A DNA stretch of 52,223 nucleotides from Clostridiales bacterium (GTDB lineage Bacteria; Bacillota; Clostridia; Peptostreptococcales; Anaerovoracaceae), in assembly GCA_012838265.1 (NCBI GenBank), contig DUPP01000110.1:1-52223 (forward strand). Direction: 5' to 3'. The position numbers were made by a program, and so were the translations under genes. Positions 30,109 to 39,550 of this stretch are shown piece after piece. The notes under the pieces were generated by a model. The model was not told where the DNA came from. It saw nothing but the letters and a program-made list of their open reading frames with translations, and searched no databases. Every line of letters starts with the position of its first letter. The stretch's first letter is position 1.

Positions 30109-31512
30109 TTATAATGTACCTTGAATAATTTTGCCGTCACACCAAAATATTTTACAATGCTCAAGATTATTAAGTTCAAAATGAAATCGTTCTTCTCCAA
30201 AGCTTATCTTAACACCTTGGTACAGTCTTCTCTTACAGCTTATAGACCCTGGGTATTCCATTGACCATTCATTTTCTAACTGATGAATTTGGTTATTCAG
30301 CAATTCGATTCTATCTTTGATTATCAAGCTTTGCTTTTTTACCATTGCTATTTTCTCCGCAATATCATCCTCTGAACTCATTCTATTTTTACTTAACTTC
30401 ATGGCACTTTCGACTATAGTCTGTTGCCTTTTCTTCAATTCATCTCTTTCTTTGGTGAGCATAAGAATCTTATCTTTATCAATTATTTTTATACCAATCA
30501 TTTCAATCTTTGTGGTTCTTTCGCTTGGAGAGCCTATATCCTTTGCCAGCAGTTCTCCTAGTACTTTGATTTCTCCTCCTATTATCAGTTCTCTGCTTCC
30601 AGACAACACGATATTCCCCATACAGGTAACCTTACTGTCTATTATATAATCCACATAGATATTACCATCTACATGGATATTGGCATGCTCAATATACTTA
30701 CAGCGCAAATCTCCTCCCACGATGATCTTATTATCACCCCCACCGTTGATGCCATTGGAAATATGAACATTTCCAGCGGCATTAATGGCGGCATCCTCTA
30801 CTACCCCTTTTACAATAACGTTCCCTCCTGAATTCACTGAAAAGCCATCGCATATGTCGCCTTCAATCGAAACATCTCCGCTGAAATTGATATTCCCTGT
30901 TAGCTGGTCAATACTAGAGTTGATTTTTAACACTTCGTTTACATCAATGTTATCCCTTATGAATCGTATGACTCCATCACAGTCAGCAACAAGCAAGGTA
31001 TCATTCTGAATTAGGTGTGTATTTTTGCCCACTGGGGATGGTGGCCGCCTCCCGTTTCTAGCTGGTATGGCAGTACCAAAAATAGTCATCCCTTCCGTAC
31101 CTTCAGTCTCCTTTATTATTTCGGCTAATATCTGATCTTTTTTTACAATTTGGAAGTAATCAATATTTTTATAATCTACTGTTCCCTCCAAGCTGTATTC
31201 AGGCTGATATTCTGAATCCCGCTTTACATAATACACTATTTCTCCATCTTTGCCGTTGACCGGAGGCAACCCTTTTGCTACGTCAATCTTAATATTATAG
31301 ATAGGCCTGACTGCCAGTTTCTCAAGAGAAGATTCCTTTATACCATAAATGATTTGATTTGCCTTCAATGCTTCCATCATCTGCTCTTTCGTAGCAGGCG
31401 GAGGATTTTCGCCCTGTTTTGTAAGTTTAATATACCCGGTCATTCCATCACTGCTCGTCAATACTTCAATTACAGTTAATGGAGTGATTGCCTGCGTTTC
31501 TACCTGATACAT
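30109..31512 (-). CDS. fapA: FapA (DUF342) flagellar assembly protein
   Basis: VAKGLPPVNGKDG, GTVDYKN, TGNINFSGDVSIEGD beta-helix; coiled-coil C-terminus. Confidence 0.88.
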   Translation of the reverse strand: MYQVETQAITPLTVIEVLTSSDGMTGYIKLTKQGENPPPATKEQMMEALKANQIIYGIKESSLEKLAVRPIYNIKIDVAKGLPPVNGKDGEIVYYVKRDSEYQPEYSLEGTVDYKNIDYFQIVKKDQILAEIIKETEGTEGMTIFGTAIPARNGRRPPSPVGKNTHLIQNDTLLVADCDGVIRFIRDNIDVNEVLKINSSIDQLTGNINFSGDVSIEGDICDGFSVNSGGNVIVKGVVEDAAINAAGNVHISNGINGGGDNKIIVGGDLRCKYIEHANIHVDGNIYVDYIIDSKVTCMGNIVLSGSRELIIGGEIKVLGELLAKDIGSPSERTTKIEMIGIKIIDKDKILMLTKERDELKKRQQTIVESAMKLSKNRMSSEDDIAEKIAMVKKQSLIIKDRIELLNNQIHQLENEWSMEYPGSISCKRRLYQGVKISFGEERFHFELNNLEHCKIFWCDGKIIQGTL

Positions 31513-31561
31513 ACGCTCTTCTCCTAACTAAATAGCTACTTGCAGCAAAATATTGTATAAA

Positions 31562-32311
31562 TTATCGAAGTTGGTTAATGATTTTTTCCATTTCATCTGC
31601 AGTCTGTACGACTTTTGAGCCGAAAGAGAATCCCTTTGATGCCTCAATCATTTTAGCCATTTCATAAGCAAGCTGAACTCGTGAGCCTTCTAAATAGCCC
31701 GTTTCAATATTCGATTCGTCTAACACTTCCGCTTCTCCTGAAGCTTCCGTTGCTCTATACTGATTCCCCCCAATCAATTCCAGCCCGTATTTATTCATAA
31801 AGGTAAAAACGCCAATTTGTTCGGGGTTAAAACCACCTTCTGTTGATGTCCTTCTATTAGAAGTTTTGACCCCCTGAATTTCAATCCTATCTTCATTCTC
31901 ATCTAGCACGTAGTCACCTGCACTGTTTACAAGGTATGTATCGGAGCCTTCAACACTTAGTTTAAAGCATCCATCTCGAGAGTATGTTATTGTTCCATCC
32001 TCTCTATTTTCGATTGCAAAAAAGCCATCCCCAATAATCGCACAATCCGTTGGTATATCTGTTTTGATTAAATCACCCTGATTGAAATCAATTCCTGTCT
32101 TTTGTACTCTTACACCATTGCCAAGCTGGATCATATTGCCTTCACCTGCGCCTCCGTTAATGTTTTGGTACATCAAGGTGGAAAAGGCTACTTGCTGCGG
32201 CTTAAAACCCGTCGTTCCTGCATTGGCTAGATTGTTAGCAATCGTATTCAGATTTATCTGCTGACTAATTAAACTCGAAGCTCCTGAATAGAATCCTCTA
32301 ATCATTTTCAC
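31562..32311 (-). CDS. flgG: Flagellar distal rod/hook-basal body protein (FlgG/FlhP-like)
   Basis: IANNLANAGTTGFK, YSRDG.F, GYLEGS. Confidence 0.8.
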   Translation of the reverse strand: MKMIRGFYSGASSLISQQINLNTIANNLANAGTTGFKPQQVAFSTLMYQNINGGAGEGNMIQLGNGVRVQKTGIDFNQGDLIKTDIPTDCAIIGDGFFAIENREDGTITYSRDGCFKLSVEGSDTYLVNSAGDYVLDENEDRIEIQGVKTSNRRTSTEGGFNPEQIGVFTFMNKYGLELIGGNQYRATEASGEAEVLDESNIETGYLEGSRVQLAYEMAKMIEASKGFSFGSKVVQTADEMEKIINQLR

Positions 32312-32334
32312 ATCTCCTTTCTTAAAAGTTTCTC

Positions 32335-33099
32335 CTAACCGACTCTGCCGATTTGATTCACAGTAATCTCATTGATGCTGTCATATATTTTTAGTATCTG
32401 TGTGCAAGAGGTATAAAGATTCTGCCCAGCTATGATCTTGCTCATCTCCTTTGCGATATTCACATTAGGCTTTTCAATTAAACCTTGTAATACACTGTAG
32501 TTTTCTGGGTCGGCTTGTTCATAATTTCCATGCTCGCAGAGAAATACTCCGTTTCCTACACTTTTGACCCTAGCGTCCTCATTTGGTATCGCGATAAACA
32601 GCTCACCTATTTCATCGTTATCAACAATTATCGTACCTGTAGTGCTAACTATAAATTCGCTGCTTTCAAGGTTTATTGTATCTTCATCATCATCGAGAAC
32701 CTTGCCTACTCCCGGCAAATATAAATCGCCGTCTTCATCAATTTCAAATTGACCATTTCTCGTTAACACCGAACCGTAAGTTTCGCTTTCAATAAGGAAG
32801 AAGCCTTCACCGCTGATTGCCATATCCACAGATCTTCCGGTATCTTCAAAGCTTCCCTGGGTAAAATCGGTATACTGTGTGCTGTTAACTGTGATAAACG
32901 CACCAGATCCTATATCTCTGCTTGATATATTGTCAAGACTGCTCAGTCTTGCCACAAGATGCTCTCCAAAGCTGGACTCCAATGTCGATTGACTTTTATA
33001 TCCTGCAGTCGTGATATTTGCAATATTATTTGAAATTGCATCCAGGGCTTTTTGTTGGCAGAAAACTCCCGATGCGGCTGAATAATACCCTCTAACCAT
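32335..33099 (-). CDS. flgF: Flagellar rod protein (FlgF/FlhO-like)
   Basis: ISNNIANITTAGYK, TDFTQGS, TRNGQF, QGLIEKPNVN. Confidence 0.75.
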   Translation of the reverse strand: MVRGYYSAASGVFCQQKALDAISNNIANITTAGYKSQSTLESSFGEHLVARLSSLDNISSRDIGSGAFITVNSTQYTDFTQGSFEDTGRSVDMAISGEGFFLIESETYGSVLTRNGQFEIDEDGDLYLPGVGKVLDDDEDTINLESSEFIVSTTGTIIVDNDEIGELFIAIPNEDARVKSVGNGVFLCEHGNYEQADPENYSVLQGLIEKPNVNIAKEMSKIIAGQNLYTSCTQILKIYDSINEITVNQIGRVG

Positions 33100-33126
33100 A
33101 ACGATACCTCCTTGTGTATCATGATG

Positions 33127-33906
33127 TTAATAATGTACTAATTTATTTTTCATTTTCATAATAGCTGCAGAGTGAATCTGCGATACTCTTGACTCGGTTA
33201 TTCTTAATATCTCGGCGATTTCCTTCAGTTTTAAATTTTCATAATAATATAAGGATACGACGAGACGTTCTTTTTCTTTTAACTGATCAATAGCCTCTAT
33301 TAGTTTCTCTTTCAATTCTTCGTAAAGAATCTCCTGCTCGGGCAAGTTTTTATCATTATCATCAGCTATTAAAGGGATTGCTGTCATCATCTTTTCATTA
33401 ATCGTTTCTTCAAAAGATAAAATGATCGAATTATGCCGTTGCTGCAGAATTTTTTCAAGATTAAGAAGTGTTTTTCCCATTCGGTCAGCTATCTGCTGTT
33501 TGGAAGGTTCATAGCCATATTCGGAATAAAGTTCATGATATGTCTCGTCCAGCTCTTTCACTAAATTCCTTTGGCTTCTTGGTACCCAGTCCTGCTTTCT
33601 CATGAAATCGATAACAGCACCCCGGATTTTTATAGAAGCATATGTTTCAAACTTGTTACCCTTTTCCGGTTCAAACTTTTCAACTGCATCGATTAAGGCA
33701 ATTATTCCTTGATTTACCATATCATCAAGCTGGCCAAAATTGCTATAGCTGCCTTTGAACCGCAGCACTATCTTTTTAACAAGGTCTGTATATTGCAGCA
33801 CTATTTCGTTTCTTAATTCAATACTTTTATGCAGCGTGTATTGCTGCCAAAGATCCTGCAAGTATTTACCTTCACTCTTTAATTCAATCGCATTAATTTG
33901 ACTCAC
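33127..33906 (-). CDS. fliA: Flagellar sigma factor sigma28 (FliA/SigD)
   Basis: KFETYASIKIRGAVIDFMRKQDWVPRS, LYYYENLKLKEIA, TESRVSQIH. Confidence 0.95.
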   Translation of the reverse strand: MSQINAIELKSEGKYLQDLWQQYTLHKSIELRNEIVLQYTDLVKKIVLRFKGSYSNFGQLDDMVNQGIIALIDAVEKFEPEKGNKFETYASIKIRGAVIDFMRKQDWVPRSQRNLVKELDETYHELYSEYGYEPSKQQIADRMGKTLLNLEKILQQRHNSIILSFEETINEKMMTAIPLIADDNDKNLPEQEILYEELKEKLIEAIDQLKEKERLVVSLYYYENLKLKEIAEILRITESRVSQIHSAAIMKMKNKLVHY

Positions 33907-33939
33907 CTCTTTTCACCATGATAAAAACAGCTTATTCAT

Positions 33940-36000
33940 TTATTCTTTAAGTTGAATAACTCCAACTGCCTGAATTTGTATATTTGTATCTATTTCATTG
34001 AAGGATAGCACTGTAAGGTTTGGAAGGAATTGATCGATCAGTCTTTTAAAATAAATTCTTACTATTGGCGATGTTAAAATAATCGGTTGATTAATCAGTT
34101 CTTTTACTTTTTCAATCTGCTCTGATACCCCTTCTACGATGTTTTGGACCACCTGGGGTTCAATAGCCAAATATGTCCCATGCTCACTTTTCTTGGTTGC
34201 ACTGAGTATAGTGTTCTCAATTCCCTGATCTAAAGAAAGTACTTTTATACTGCTGCCATCAGTATATTTTCTGCTGATAGTTCGCTTTAGTCTTTGTCTG
34301 ACATATTCCGTCAGCATATCAGTATCTTTGATAGTAACTCCGTGATCGCCAATAGTTTCAAGTATGCTATCCATATCGCGTATCGGTATCCCCTCCTTCA
34401 GCAGGTTCATTAGAATTTTCTGCAGATCGGACACGCTGATAATGTTTGGGATAACGTCATCCACGATGGCCTGGTTTGTTTTGGCCACATTCTGTAAAAG
34501 CATGTTTATATCCTGGCGGCTTATCAATTCATGTATATGCCTTTTTATCACTTCAGACATATGGGTTACGATAACAGATAATGGGTCTATTACGGTGTAT
34601 CCATAGACCTCCGCCATTTCTCTGTTATTTTCCGTAATCCATTTCCCCGAGATACCATAAGCAGGTTCTATCGTATCGATGCCTTCTATCTCGCCCGTAG
34701 TATTCCCCGGATCCATTGCAAGATAATAATCTACCAAAACCTCGCCCCTTGCGACTTCTTCACCTTTTATCTTAATAAGGTACTGATTTGGATTGATAAG
34801 TCCGTTATCACGAAGTCGAACAGTTGGAATAACTACACCCATCTCCAAGGCAAATTGTTTTCGGAATATAACGATTCTGTCAATAAAGCTGCCCCCAATG
34901 CTTTCATCTACTAAGGGAAGAAGCGAATATCCAAATTCCATTTCGATCGGCTCCACACCCAGTAGTTCATACACATTGTCGATATTTCTGTAATAGCTTG
35001 CCTCATTCCTTTCATCACCCAGAAGCTCTTGCATTTCCTGTATTTCTTCTTTTTGTTTTACCTCAGCTACAGCTTTTATAAGAGCAAAGCCAAGGGCTAT
35101 AAGAATAATCCCCAAGATGGCAATCTGAAAAATCGGTGCTCCGGGAATCACACACATAGTTAAAATAACAAGCCCCGTAATGAGCAGAACCCTGGGCTGA
35201 GAAAGAATTTGTACTTTTACATCTTCATTTAAAGTCCCTTCTGAAGCCGATCTTGTAACAATCATTCCTGTGGCTGTTGATATCATTAATGCAGGAATCT
35301 GACTTACGAGACCGTCACCTACCGTTGCAATGGAATATACCTTTAACACCTCGGAGAAAGACATATCACCCTGAACCATACCGATTATCGTACCACCGAC
35401 AAGATTGACGACAGCAATTATCATTGATGCAATAGCATCACCCTTTACCAGCTTTGTGGCTCCGTCCATTGCTCCGAAGAATTCTGATTCCCTTTGGATA
35501 GTCTTGCGTCTTTCCTTGGCTTCCTCCTCATTTATAAGTCCAGAGCTCAGGTCTGCGTCAATTGCCATTTGTTTTCCCGGCATAGCATCCAAGGTAAATC
35601 TTGCGGATACCTCCGCTATTCTTTCTGCACCCTTAGTAATTACGATAAATTGAACTACAACGATAATAATAAATACGATAAATCCAACCACCGCATTTCC
35701 GCCCAGTACAAATGAACCAAATGTAGCTATTACCTGCCCCGCTTGTCCACTATTAGAAAGAATCAATCTTGTAGATGAAATATTAAGCGCTAACCTGAGC
35801 AATGTTGTGATCAACAGCAAAGAAGGAAAAATGGAAAACTCCAGGGGCCCCTTTATGAACATTGTGGTAAGTAGAATAATCAAGGAAACAGAAATGCTTA
35901 TAATAAACATAAAATCCAGAAAAAAAGGCGGCAGCGGTATTATAATAAATGCCACTATCATTATTATAAATATAACCACTACATTGTTAAAAATCTTCAT
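33940..36000 (-). CDS. flhA: Flagellar export gate protein FlhA
   Basis: FPSLLLITTLLRLALNISSTR, AEVSARFTLDAMPGKQMAIDADL, FFGAMDGA. Confidence 0.97.
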   Translation of the reverse strand: MKIFNNVVVIFIIMIVAFIIIPLPPFFLDFMFIISISVSLIILLTTMFIKGPLEFSIFPSLLLITTLLRLALNISSTRLILSNSGQAGQVIATFGSFVLGGNAVVGFIVFIIIVVVQFIVITKGAERIAEVSARFTLDAMPGKQMAIDADLSSGLINEEEAKERRKTIQRESEFFGAMDGATKLVKGDAIASMIIAVVNLVGGTIIGMVQGDMSFSEVLKVYSIATVGDGLVSQIPALMISTATGMIVTRSASEGTLNEDVKVQILSQPRVLLITGLVILTMCVIPGAPIFQIAILGIILIALGFALIKAVAEVKQKEEIQEMQELLGDERNEASYYRNIDNVYELLGVEPIEMEFGYSLLPLVDESIGGSFIDRIVIFRKQFALEMGVVIPTVRLRDNGLINPNQYLIKIKGEEVARGEVLVDYYLAMDPGNTTGEIEGIDTIEPAYGISGKWITENNREMAEVYGYTVIDPLSVIVTHMSEVIKRHIHELISRQDINMLLQNVAKTNQAIVDDVIPNIISVSDLQKILMNLLKEGIPIRDMDSILETIGDHGVTIKDTDMLTEYVRQRLKRTISRKYTDGSSIKVLSLDQGIENTILSATKKSEHGTYLAIEPQVVQNIVEGVSEQIEKVKELINQPIILTSPIVRIYFKRLIDQFLPNLTVLSFNEIDTNIQIQAVGVIQLKE

Positions 36001-37075
36001 GTTGTCTTATCCCCTTTTTCTTATTGCTGTAAACCCACGCCATTACTTCAGCAACAGCCTGATAAAGCTCGGCAGGTATATAATCATTTATTTCAACCAT
36101 TTGATATAAGTTTTTAGCAAGTGGTTTATTTTCAGTAATAAGAATGTTGTGTTTTAATCCGATATCAATAATTCTCTTGGCAACATGCCCCTGCCCCTTT
36201 GCCATTACTATAGGCGCATGATCTTTCTCTAGGTCATACTTTAGAGCAACCGCATAGTGTGTAGGATTTCTGATGATAACATCCGCATTAGGAACCTGCT
36301 GTATCATCCTGTTCAAGCTCATCTTTCGCTGTTTTTCTTTTATTTTTCCCTTAATAAATGGGTCTCCCTCAGTGTGCTTGTATTCATCCTTAACCTCTTG
36401 TTTTGTCATTCTTAATTTTTTTTCATAGTCATATTTCTGGAAAGAAAAATCCAAAACAGCTACTACTACAAAGATCAGGCATATTTTGTAGACAATATGC
36501 ATCATCCTATCCATCATAAATGCAATATTCTCATCAAAACTAGTGTTAAGCATATCCGGAGCTACGATAAGCAGGTCTTGTACACACGTATATATCACCC
36601 ACATAATCACAGCAACCTTAATAATGGATATCACCAGCTGAACGACTGATCTTAGCGAAAACATTCGCTTGAAGCCCTGAATAATACTAATCCTGTTAAA
36701 TTTAAATTTTAGACGTTCTGCTGAAACGAGGAAACCTGTCTGCGCTCCTGTCATAACAGCTCCAGTAAATGCAAGTGCAATCAATATCGGTGCAGTTGTG
36801 ATAAAAAATACCAGTACAAATTCTCTTAGTATTTGCATACAGTTTGCAATTGTCAGGTCATACATCACACTAGCATGGGTTAACTCCCTTATGTAAAGCC
36901 CTTTAAGCTTTGATCCTATAAAACCTCCCATCTTGCTGATAAAAATAAAACCCACTATCAGCATGACTACACTGATTACATCCCTGCTCTGAAACGCATT
37001 CCCTTTTTTTCGCTCGTCCTTCTTCTTTTTCGGGGTTGCTTTTTCTGATTTATTTGTTTCTGCCACGACTGTCAC
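35987..37075 (-). CDS. flhB: Flagellar export switch protein FlhB
   Basis: EKATPKK, MTKQEVKDEYK.TEGDP, NPTH autocleavage motif. Confidence 0.96.
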   Translation of the reverse strand: MTVVAETNKSEKATPKKKKDERKKGNAFQSRDVISVVMLIVGFIFISKMGGFIGSKLKGLYIRELTHASVMYDLTIANCMQILREFVLVFFITTAPILIALAFTGAVMTGAQTGFLVSAERLKFKFNRISIIQGFKRMFSLRSVVQLVISIIKVAVIMWVIYTCVQDLLIVAPDMLNTSFDENIAFMMDRMMHIVYKICLIFVVVAVLDFSFQKYDYEKKLRMTKQEVKDEYKHTEGDPFIKGKIKEKQRKMSLNRMIQQVPNADVIIRNPTHYAVALKYDLEKDHAPIVMAKGQGHVAKRIIDIGLKHNILITENKPLAKNLYQMVEINDYIPAELYQAVAEVMAWVYSNKKKGIRQHEDF

Positions 37076-37096
37076 CCCCTTCGAACAGTTGTGAAA

Positions 37097-37864
37097 TCAT
37101 ATGAAGTACTGAAGCACATCCTCTATCCTGTCAAGCATAATCATGTTCAGCTTACCAAGGTAGAGTACCAGTACAGGAATAATAGTCAAAATCACGATCA
37201 TCCCAATAAGAACCTTAATTTGTAAATTTATAATAAATACATTAATATTAGGGACTACCCTCATAAGTATCCCTATAGCAACCTCAGTTAATATCTGAGT
37301 CACCATTATTGGCAGTGCAAGCTGTATTGCATAAACCAATATATATCCGAATAATTCAATGAAATAAATTCCAACCTTACTGCTTACTCCACCAAGGCCA
37401 ATTGGAACAACGTTATAAGATTTTATTGCTATCGCCAATAGTGTTATATGACTGTTCGTTATGAAAAACAGCATAATATACATTACAGTAATAAGATTTC
37501 CGGTAATGGATATCTGTGAATTAGTGGTGGGATCGTACATACGCGCCATACTAAAAGCCATTTGAAGATCCATTACTTCACCACCCAAATGGAATATTGA
37601 CAGAAATAGCTGCATTATGAATCCAATTACAAATCCTACGGTAAATTCCCTGATCATTGAAATCAGCAGATCGATTACCGTATAATCCACTACATTTACA
37701 TCTATCAGCCCAAATGCTGCGTTGAATGCAATGCCTAAAGATAGTCCCACTTTAACGACACTCGGAATATTTCTTCTTCCGAATATCGGATTAAAGAAAA
37801 TTACTCCCGCCATTCTGCAGCAAACAAAGAGGAAGATATAGAAACTGTTCAAATCATTTAACAC
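37097..37864 (-). CDS. fliR: Flagellar export protein FliR
   Basis: R.AG..FFNPIFG, GEVMDLQM, MRVVPNINVF; synteny. Confidence 0.92.
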   Translation of the reverse strand: MLNDLNSFYIFLFVCCRMAGVIFFNPIFGRRNIPSVVKVGLSLGIAFNAAFGLIDVNVVDYTVIDLLISMIREFTVGFVIGFIMQLFLSIFHLGGEVMDLQMAFSMARMYDPTTNSQISITGNLITVMYIMLFFITNSHITLLAIAIKSYNVVPIGLGGVSSKVGIYFIELFGYILVYAIQLALPIMVTQILTEVAIGILMRVVPNINVFIINLQIKVLIGMIVILTIIPVLVLYLGKLNMIMLDRIEDVLQYFI

Positions 37865-37876
37865 ATAGTCGCCTCG

Positions 37877-38140
37877 TTATATTGTAGTAATAAATTCAAA
37901 TATCCTATTAAAAAGGTCCACCATCTGCTGCAGCATCCACCCTCCGAAGATTACCATGATCAGTGCAATTGCCAGCAGCTTGGGTACAAATGTCATCGTC
38001 TGTTCATTAACTGAGGTTGCTGCCTGAATAATCGAAATAATTAATCCGACCAAAATACTCACCAGTAAGATAGGTGCTGCCACCTTTACACCTGTGAGGA
38101 TAGCATCCCTGAAAATTTCTGTTAATTGAAGTGTATCCAT
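37877..38140 (-). CDS. fliQ: Flagellar export protein FliQ
   Basis: VGLIISIIQAATSVNEQTMTFVPK. Confidence 0.95.
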   Translation of the reverse strand: MDTLQLTEIFRDAILTGVKVAAPILLVSILVGLIISIIQAATSVNEQTMTFVPKLLAIALIMVIFGGWMLQQMVDLFNRIFEFITTI

Positions 38141-38156
38141 CGAGAAGCCCCCTCTT

Positions 38157-38810
38157 TCAGTTATATGTCATAACCAGGGTCTTCATCAGGAGTCCCCAGC
38201 CATCAACTACAACAAATAGCATGACCTTAAACGGCAAGGAGATCATCACCGGCGGAAGCATAATCATACCCATGGACATTAGAGTACTGGAAACAATCAA
38301 GTCTATTATTAAAAACGGTATGAACAGTAAAAATCCAATTAAAAATGCTCTTTTTAATTCACTTGTTATAAAAGCTGGTACAACTATATGTAACGGAAGT
38401 TCAGCTGCTCCCATGCTTACAACAGCTTTATCAGAAGCTAAGCTTTTAAACATCTCCACTTCCTCATTAGTTGTTTGCTTCAGCATAAATTCCTTTATGG
38501 GAATTGATGCCCTGTCAAGAAACTCCTCAGTTTCAATTAATCCATCATTGTATGGTTTCAATGCCGTCTCGTTAACCTGGGCCAGGACCGGTTGCATGAT
38601 AAAAAACGTTACAAACAAGGCAAGACCAATCAAAACTTGGTTGGGCGGTGTCTGCTGAAGTCCCAGCGCATTTCTTAAAAAGGAAAGTACAATGATGATT
38701 CTGGTAAAGCAAGTCATCATAAGGAGTAGAAATGGTGCCAGGCTGATCAATGTCAACACTATAATAATTTTTACAGCATCTGAACTCTCTCCATTAATAA
38801 TAAATTCCAT
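38157..38810 (-). CDS. fliP: Flagellar export pore protein FliP
   Basis: TCFTRIIIVLSFLRNALGLQQTPPNQV, PAFITSEL, MGMIMLPP, LPFK..FVVVDGW. Confidence 0.95.
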   Translation of the reverse strand: MEFIINGESSDAVKIIIVLTLISLAPFLLLMMTCFTRIIIVLSFLRNALGLQQTPPNQVLIGLALFVTFFIMQPVLAQVNETALKPYNDGLIETEEFLDRASIPIKEFMLKQTTNEEVEMFKSLASDKAVVSMGAAELPLHIVVPAFITSELKRAFLIGFLLFIPFLIIDLIVSSTLMSMGMIMLPPVMISLPFKVMLFVVVDGWGLLMKTLVMTYN

Positions 38811-38812
38811 AG

Positions 38813-39133
38813 CTAGTCAATACTCCTCTTTTTTTTAAAATAATCAAGAAAGCTATTGTCCTTCTGCATGGGTACAGGAATGTTGTCAGTCATCTCCGTT
38901 AAAATTTGAATATTTTGATCACTTACTCCGATCAAGTATTGTTTCCCTAAAATATCGACAATCAGGATAGAACCCGTTTTGCTGACGACAAGTCTGTCAA
39001 TTACTTTGATATGCTTCCCTCCGGCAAAGGGCAGCATTTTTCTGCCATACCATTTGCTTACATAATAGGCCAACAGAATGATACAAATCATTCCAGCCAG
39101 AGCAAATAATATTGAAAAAATATCTCCAATCAA
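38813..39133 (-). CDS. fliO: Flagellar biogenesis protein FliO/FliZ
   Basis: N-terminal TM, IKVIDR...SILIVDILGKQYLIGVS; before fliP. Confidence 0.85.
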   Translation of the reverse strand: MIGDIFSILFALAGMICIILLAYYVSKWYGRKMLPFAGGKHIKVIDRLVVSKTGSILIVDILGKQYLIGVSDQNIQILTEMTDNIPVPMQKDNSFLDYFKKKRSID

Positions 39134-39147
39134 TTAGCAGCCCTCCG

Positions 39148-39510
39148 TTAACCTCCTAATGCATTCTTTACAGCCTGTATAAGTCTTTCCGGTTTAAAAG
39201 GCTTGACGATAAAATCCAATGCACCCAGCTTTATAGCTTCAACCACCATTCCCTCTTGACCCATTGCGGAACACATGATTACCTTTGCCTGGGGATCATT
39301 CTGCTTAATGGAGTGCAGTGACTGGAGCCCGTCCTTTATTGGCATAGTTATATCCATAAGTACTAATTCCGGATTGGTTTCTATGTACTTTGCCAAGGCT
39401 TCCTCTCCATCCCCCGCTTCCACAAAATCAGAGTATCCAGCCTTTTTTAAATTTTCTTTTATCATCATTCTCATAAATGCTGCATCGTCCACAATCAAAA
39501 TTTTAGACAT
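39148..39510 (-). CDS. cheY: Chemotaxis response regulator CheY
   Basis: ILIVDDAAFMRMMIK, MDITMP, MCSAMGQ, DFIVKPF. Confidence 0.95.
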   Translation of the reverse strand: MSKILIVDDAAFMRMMIKENLKKAGYSDFVEAGDGEEALAKYIETNPELVLMDITMPIKDGLQSLHSIKQNDPQAKVIMCSAMGQEGMVVEAIKLGALDFIVKPFKPERLIQAVKNALGG

Positions 39511-39550
39511 TTTTTACCTCTCTTGTTTGATATATTTTTTATGCTTAAAC

